Shown here piece by piece: positions 39,079-43,787 of a stretch of 43,787 nucleotides of DNA. The translations under genes and the position numbers were made by a program. Below the pieces are notes generated by a model, which did no database searches, had not been told where the DNA came from, and worked only from the letters and a program-made list of their open reading frames with translations. This DNA comes from an uncultured Actinomycetes bacterium. Lineage in GTDB: Bacteria; Actinomycetota; Actinomycetes; Nanopelagicales; Nanopelagicaceae. Location of the stretch: assembly GCA_903904665.1 (NCBI GenBank), contig CAIVDO010000126.1, positions 1-43,787 of the forward strand. The letters run 5' to 3'. Every line of letters starts with the position of its first letter. Within the stretch, counting starts at the first letter, position 1.

Positions 39079-39480
39079 TTACCGCTCGTTACGGTCTAAA
39101 TCATCAGGGCCAAAGGCCCAAGGCAACATCTGCGCCATGGTTTGCGGCCCATCATCGGTCATCAATAGCGCATGAGATCCACCATGCTCAAATAAGAGTT
39201 GACGACAACGTCCGCACGGTGCCAAATGATTTCCTTGCCCATCAACACAAGAGATTGCAACTAATCGTCCGCCACCTGTTGCGATGAGGTTTGACACTAA
39301 TCCGCATTCGGCGCAAAGGCCCAGACCATAGCTAGCGTTTTCAACATTGCAGCCAGAAACTACGCGTCCATCATCAACTAAGGCAGCAACTCCAACTGGA
39401 AACTTTGAATATGGAGCATATGCAGTTTTCATCGCGGCAACTGCAGCAGTGTGCAGTGCATCCCAATCTATTGTTGTCAT
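39079..39480 (-). CDS. cdd: Cytidine deaminase (homotetrameric type)
   Basis: AYAPYS.F.VG, NVENASY, CAE, PCGRCRQ. Confidence 0.93.
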   Translation of the reverse strand: MTTIDWDALHTAAVAAMKTAYAPYSKFPVGVAALVDDGRVVSGCNVENASYGLGLCAECGLVSNLIATGGGRLVAISCVDGQGNHLAPCGRCRQLLFEHGGSHALLMTDDGPQTMAQMLPWAFGPDDLDRNER

Positions 39481-40712
39481 CGCAATCCGCCGCGACGATA
39501 TGGAATTCCATCCGCTGCAGGCATTCGAAGGCGCTGCGATGCCAACGACATAATCAGCAACGTTGCAATATATGGAGTCATAGTGACGAGCTGTCCTGGT
39601 AGTTCATCTACTGCCAAGAAGTACCACAAAGATAATCCAGCAAATGCAAGGGTGAGGACAGCCTTAACAATCTTTCCCTTGCGAACATCACGAACAACCA
39701 GCCCTACTAAAACAACAACGATAAGAAGAATAAGTGCATGAACCGAAGCTGAATCACGCAGCTGTAGCGCATCAGCAAATCCAAATAATCCAGCACCCAT
39801 CAAAATTCCACCAGGGCGGTAATTACCAAAAAGAAGTGCAGCAAGACCGATATATCCTCGACCCGCTACTTGATTTTCTTGATAGTGATTAGCTGCAACG
39901 ATTGCTAAGAAACCACCGCCGAGTCCGGCAAGTGCTCCAGAGATTAGAACGCCAGCGTATTTCATTGCATAAACATTTACGCCCAATGATTCTGCTGCAA
40001 TTGGTGCCTCACCTGCACTTCGCAAGCGCAAACCAAAAGCCGTCTTCCATAAGACAAAGAGAGAAAGCGGCACCATCGCCATGGCAATTACAGTGACATA
40101 AGAGAGATCACCAGTAATTCCGCGAAGGATTGCTGCCAGATCTGAGATGAAAAACCAGTGTTTTTCAGCTAAAGAGCCCAAGAGGTCAGGGCTCTTCCAA
40201 CCAAAGTATTGCCCACCAGAAAGTATCGGCAAAGAATTAGTAGGAATTGAATTCACATCAGGAGACTGAGATGGCCCTAACCATGATCCACTCTTATAAA
40301 GAAGTGTTGAAAGATATCGGACTAAGCCCATGGCAATGATGTTGATTGCAACACCAGAGACAACGTGGTCAACACCGAAAGTTATTGTTGCAATTGCATG
40401 CACAAGGGCGCCGACACCACCAAAAAATATAGCTGCAATCAGACCAATCCATGGACCGTGCTTGGTACCGATCATTCCGCCTGCCCAGGCACCCATGACC
40501 ATCATTCCTTCTAGACCAATGTTTACAACACCAGAGCGCTCAGAAAAGAGTCCACCCAGTCCTGCTAAAACAATTGGGACAGAGAGCAAAAGAGCAGCAG
40601 ATGCCGTACCCACACTAGTTAGATCAGTTGCACCGGTTATCTGACGAATAACGGTAAGAACAAAAACTAACATGGTTGCGTATCTTAAGAATTTCAAAGC
40701 TTTAGTTTTCAT
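39477..40712 (-). CDS. Nucleoside ABC transporter permease
   Basis: SERSGVVNIGLEG, FGLRLRSAGE, GRGYIGLAA, PY. Confidence 0.88.
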   Translation of the reverse strand: MKTKALKFLRYATMLVFVLTVIRQITGATDLTSVGTASAALLLSVPIVLAGLGGLFSERSGVVNIGLEGMMVMGAWAGGMIGTKHGPWIGLIAAIFFGGVGALVHAIATITFGVDHVVSGVAINIIAMGLVRYLSTLLYKSGSWLGPSQSPDVNSIPTNSLPILSGGQYFGWKSPDLLGSLAEKHWFFISDLAAILRGITGDLSYVTVIAMAMVPLSLFVLWKTAFGLRLRSAGEAPIAAESLGVNVYAMKYAGVLISGALAGLGGGFLAIVAANHYQENQVAGRGYIGLAALLFGNYRPGGILMGAGLFGFADALQLRDSASVHALILLIVVVLVGLVVRDVRKGKIVKAVLTLAFAGLSLWYFLAVDELPGQLVTMTPYIATLLIMSLASQRLRMPAADGIPYRRGGLR

Positions 40713-41812
40713 GCCGCTACCGCCTTTGCTAACTCTTTACTTTGCAGAGTTATCTTGTATCGGCGAACAACTTCATAAGCGATAACAGAAGAAAGAAGAA
40801 TTGAGCCCTGCATAATGACATATGTCTCTGGGGCGATATCGATGAGTTCGAGGGAACGTGAGCTCACTTCGAGGAAACCAAAGAGAAGGGCGCTAAATGC
40901 CATACCCGTAGGGTTATTGCGGCCCAATAAAGCCACCGCAATTGCCGAGAATCCAATACCTGTTCTAAATCCCATATTAAATGCATGGGTATCGCCCAAC
41001 ACTGCAGGCAATCCCGCCAATCCAGCAACTGCACCAGAGAGTGCCATGGCAACGAAGGTCATACGCTTTGAATTAACTCCGCTAAATCTTGCTGCTATTG
41101 GGTTCGAGCCCGAAGCTCTTAGTTCAAAACCAAAACGTGTGCGGTTGATGACAAACCAAAAAACAATTCCAAGAGCCACAGCAAATATCAACATGCCATA
41201 AACCCCTCCACCAGGCTGATCTTCTACGCCTATTTTGTTCAATAACGGCATCAAATCAGGGAACTGACCAGATGCTGGAAGGGTTTTTGTAGACATGTTA
41301 TTTGAATTGGTTGTGCGATCAACAAAGTAGTTAGCTAATAAATAAGAAGAGAGTCCACCAGCTAATGAGTTGAGCATGATCGTTGAGATAACTTCACTCA
41401 CTCCGCGCTTAACTTTCAAATAACCGGCGATAGCTGCCCACAGACCACCAATAGTCATTGCTATAACCATAATTGCAATGATGTGAAGTACTGGGGGAAG
41501 AATAAATTTCGCACCTAGATATGCACCAAAAATCGCACCTAAACGTAATTGGCCTTCGACACCGATATTAAACAAGCCAGCACGGAAAGTGATGGCAATG
41601 GCAACGGCTGCGATGTAATAAGGAGTAGCTGTGTTTAACATCTGCATCAATGAACTAGAAGTTGTACCAAACTCCCACATTGTCTTATAGGCATCAAATG
41701 GTGACTTATGGGATGCAAGCACTGCCAAAGATGAGATAACAATAGAGACGAGGGCAGCTGCTAAAGGTGCGGCAACGGCCAGCACGAGTGTTGAAAGCTT
41801 TATCTTCTTCAT
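40709..41812 (-). CDS. Nucleoside ABC transporter permease
   Basis: FRAGLFNIGVEGQ, SEVISTIMLN, GFELRASG.N..AA..SG, IAVALLG. Confidence 0.88.
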   Translation of the reverse strand: MKKIKLSTLVLAVAAPLAAALVSIVISSLAVLASHKSPFDAYKTMWEFGTTSSSLMQMLNTATPYYIAAVAIAITFRAGLFNIGVEGQLRLGAIFGAYLGAKFILPPVLHIIAIMVIAMTIGGLWAAIAGYLKVKRGVSEVISTIMLNSLAGGLSSYLLANYFVDRTTNSNNMSTKTLPASGQFPDLMPLLNKIGVEDQPGGGVYGMLIFAVALGIVFWFVINRTRFGFELRASGSNPIAARFSGVNSKRMTFVAMALSGAVAGLAGLPAVLGDTHAFNMGFRTGIGFSAIAVALLGRNNPTGMAFSALLFGFLEVSSRSLELIDIAPETYVIMQGSILLSSVIAYEVVRRYKITLQSKELAKAVAA

Positions 41813-43314
41813 GCTGCACCTGTCATCGCTGAACCCAACTGTTCGGGTGTCGTCTTTGCCGGATCAAGTTCTGCAGTCATGACACCGCGCAACATCACTA
41901 GCAAGCGATCGGACATTCCGATTAACTCTTCAAGGTCGGCGGAGATAAGCACAATTGCCATTCCCTTTTCACGTGCCCGACGTAGTTCTTCCCAGATCGC
42001 ACCTTGTGCGCCAACATCAACGCCACGAGTTGGGTGAGATGCAACTAGTAATAATGGAGCCTTACTCATTTCACGGCCAACGATAAATTTCTGTTGATTT
42101 CCACCTGATAGCGCTGCAGCTAATGTTTGTGGACCTGGTGCGCGAACATCAAACTCTTCCATAATCGCTTTGGTATCTGCGATTGTTGATTTCTTATCTA
42201 AAACAAAGCCATTCATTACGGGTTTACCGCGCTGATGACCCAAAATTCTGTTTTCCCATAATGGTGATTCCATCATCATTGCCTGGCGCTGGCGATCTTC
42301 AGGAATTAACCCAATTCCTAAATCACGGCGGTGGGCAACCGATAAATGATTCATATCTGAGCCCGAAAACTCAATAACCCCGGTGTATTCGCGCAGACCC
42401 ATTATTGCTTCAACAAGCTCTGCCTGCCCATTGCCTTCAACGCCTGCGATACCAACAACTTCACCAGCATGTAAGTTAAATGTGACATGTGAAATTAAGT
42501 CACGGCTCCCTGATTGTGTAGGAATTGAAACATCTTTAAGGGCAAGTGTTACTTCAGGTCGACGTGTATCTCCATGTGTAGATGGCTGAGGTAGTTCACT
42601 TCCCACCATCAGCTCTGCCAGTTGGCGGGCAGTTACATCTTTTGATTTAACTTGGGCAACTGTTGAACCTGCACGAACCACGGTTACATCATCGGCAACG
42701 CGCAGTACCTCATCGAGCTTATGGGAGATAAAGATAATTGCCATACCTTGTGCGCGCAGACCTTTGAGCGCATTAAAGAGATCATCTACTTCTTGTGGCA
42801 CAAGCACTGCAGTTGGTTCATCAAAGATCAGGATGCGGGCACCGCGGTAAAGAACTTTCAAAATCTCAACGCGCTGTCTTTGTCCAACACCTAGCTCTTC
42901 AACTAGAACATCTGGGTCGATCTCAAGCCCATACTGGGCAGCCATCTCAACAACTTTTGCACGTGCTGCTGCAAAATCAATTGTTATTCCATGTCGAGGC
43001 TCTGATCCTAAAATTACATTCTCTAAAACTGTGAAGTTGTCAGCCAACATAAAGTGTTGGTGGACCATTCCAATGCTTGCATCAATGGCATCGTTAGGAT
43101 TCTTAAAGTGAACGGCCGTGCCATTTACCAAAATCTCGCCACTATCTGGGCGTTGCATTCCATACAAAATCTTCATAACTGTTGATTTACCAGCGCCATT
43201 TTCGCCGACAAGGGCATGCACTGTGCCGGTCTCAACGCTCATGGATACATCTTTATTTGCGATGACTCCTGGGAAGCGCTTGGAGATGTGTCGTAGTTCT
43301 ACGGCAACTGACAC
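41809..43314 (-). CDS. Nucleoside/sugar (CUT2) ABC ATPase, duplicated NBD
   Basis: GENGAGKS, QRVEILK, DEPT, LSGGNQQK, PTRGVD; SD AAAGGAG. Confidence 0.92.
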   Translation of the reverse strand: MSVAVELRHISKRFPGVIANKDVSMSVETGTVHALVGENGAGKSTVMKILYGMQRPDSGEILVNGTAVHFKNPNDAIDASIGMVHQHFMLADNFTVLENVILGSEPRHGITIDFAAARAKVVEMAAQYGLEIDPDVLVEELGVGQRQRVEILKVLYRGARILIFDEPTAVLVPQEVDDLFNALKGLRAQGMAIIFISHKLDEVLRVADDVTVVRAGSTVAQVKSKDVTARQLAELMVGSELPQPSTHGDTRRPEVTLALKDVSIPTQSGSRDLISHVTFNLHAGEVVGIAGVEGNGQAELVEAIMGLREYTGVIEFSGSDMNHLSVAHRRDLGIGLIPEDRQRQAMMMESPLWENRILGHQRGKPVMNGFVLDKKSTIADTKAIMEEFDVRAPGPQTLAAALSGGNQQKFIVGREMSKAPLLLVASHPTRGVDVGAQGAIWEELRRAREKGMAIVLISADLEELIGMSDRLLVMLRGVMTAELDPAKTTPEQLGSAMTGAA

Positions 43315-43340
43315 TTAGAGACTCTCCTTTGAGTTGATGA

Positions 43341-43391
43341 TTAAAAAACATTTGGCCCAACAAGGAGATTTAACTCCATTGTTGGGCCAAA
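43341..43391 (-). terminator. Intrinsic terminator-like hairpin between BMP and ATPase genes
   Basis: Arms TTTGGCCCAACAA-GGAG / CTCC-a-TTGTTGGGCCAAA (43351-43391), followed on - by TGTTTTTT. Confidence 0.78.
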
Positions 43392-43411
43392 CGCCACTAC
43401 TTAATGCGTGA

Positions 43412-43786
43412 TTATGGCTTTGTTGGAACGACGATCTTTCCAGCCTTAATCGCTGCTGCAGCCTTATCGATTGCAGCCTTGTACTTTGTGATGTAAGCGC
43501 CAGAGTATGAAACTCCAACACCATCAAGTGCTAGGTCATAGTGACGACCGTAGATACCAGCATTGGCATCTAGAACGTCGTTAACTGATGAACCTGCAAC
43601 TGCTGTTGCAATTACGTCATAAACAGCACGGTCAACACGCTTGATCATTGATGTAAGCATGTTCTTCTTCTCAGCAGCTGAAGCTGTTAGGTACTGATCA
43701 GAGTCAACTCCGATAGTCCAAACCTTCTTGCCAGCCTTTGCTGCATCAGTTGCAGCTGCGAAGTTACCCGCACCTGAACCACCAGC
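43412..43786 (-). CDS. BMP family nucleoside-binding lipoprotein, 5'-truncated by window edge
   Basis: Frame open to the window end: AGGSGAG..WTIGVDSDQY..MLTSMIKRVD..GKIVVP. Confidence 0.88.
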   Translation of the reverse strand, partial: AGGSGAGNFAAATDAAKAGKKVWTIGVDSDQYLTASAAEKKNMLTSMIKRVDRAVYDVIATAVAGSSVNDVLDANAGIYGRHYDLALDGVGVSYSGAYITKYKAAIDKAAAAIKAGKIVVPTKP

Positions 43787-43787
43787 A

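Noticed and set aside
38324-39175. 283-aa + strand ORF
   Set aside because: Antisense shadow of deoA/cdd with no recognisable motifs
43315-43527. 70-aa ORF spanning the BMP-ATPase gap
   Set aside because: Out of frame over the BMP 3' end and runs through the terminator hairpin
1-43787. tRNA, rRNA, CRISPR, IS, prophage or defence genes
   Set aside because: No intergenic space above about 100 bp, no repeat arrays and no integrase, transposase or nuclease-like ORFs seen; a covariance-model scan was not run

Overview
Gene-dense, moderate-GC chromosomal segment of an actinobacterium. Gene content and order, near-zero intergenic space and leaderless promoters suggest a streamlined freshwater acI/Nanopelagicales-like genome (inference). 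Contents in order: 3' part of cysS; moeZ-mshB operon; TetR and DEAD-box helicase; a condensed pepA-O-methyltransferase-htrA-tatB-mrp-DMT-PHP-marC block lacking sigE/rseA; an unlisted DUF3117 small gene; a stand-alone sigma region-4 mini-protein; LOG/dapD; a cell-envelope glycan block (GT2, ABC-2 exporter, SpoIID, LCP, ugd); purKE; birA with an acyl-CoA carboxylase operon; and a ~16 kb nucleoside uptake/catabolism supercluster. No rRNA, tRNA, CRISPR or mobile element was seen. Best leads: (1) a P450 lacking the I-helix Thr, a nucleoside hydrolase lacking the general-acid His and a ribokinase, all inside the nucleoside cluster; (2) two 18-bp divergent gaps of identical geometry with a single TANNNTA core that reads as a -10 box on both strands; (3) the sigma region-4-only gene with an operator-like palindrome; (4) a leaderless 12-codon uORF before the helicase; (5) a split ALDH16-like pair. 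Family assignments come from motif recognition, not database searches.
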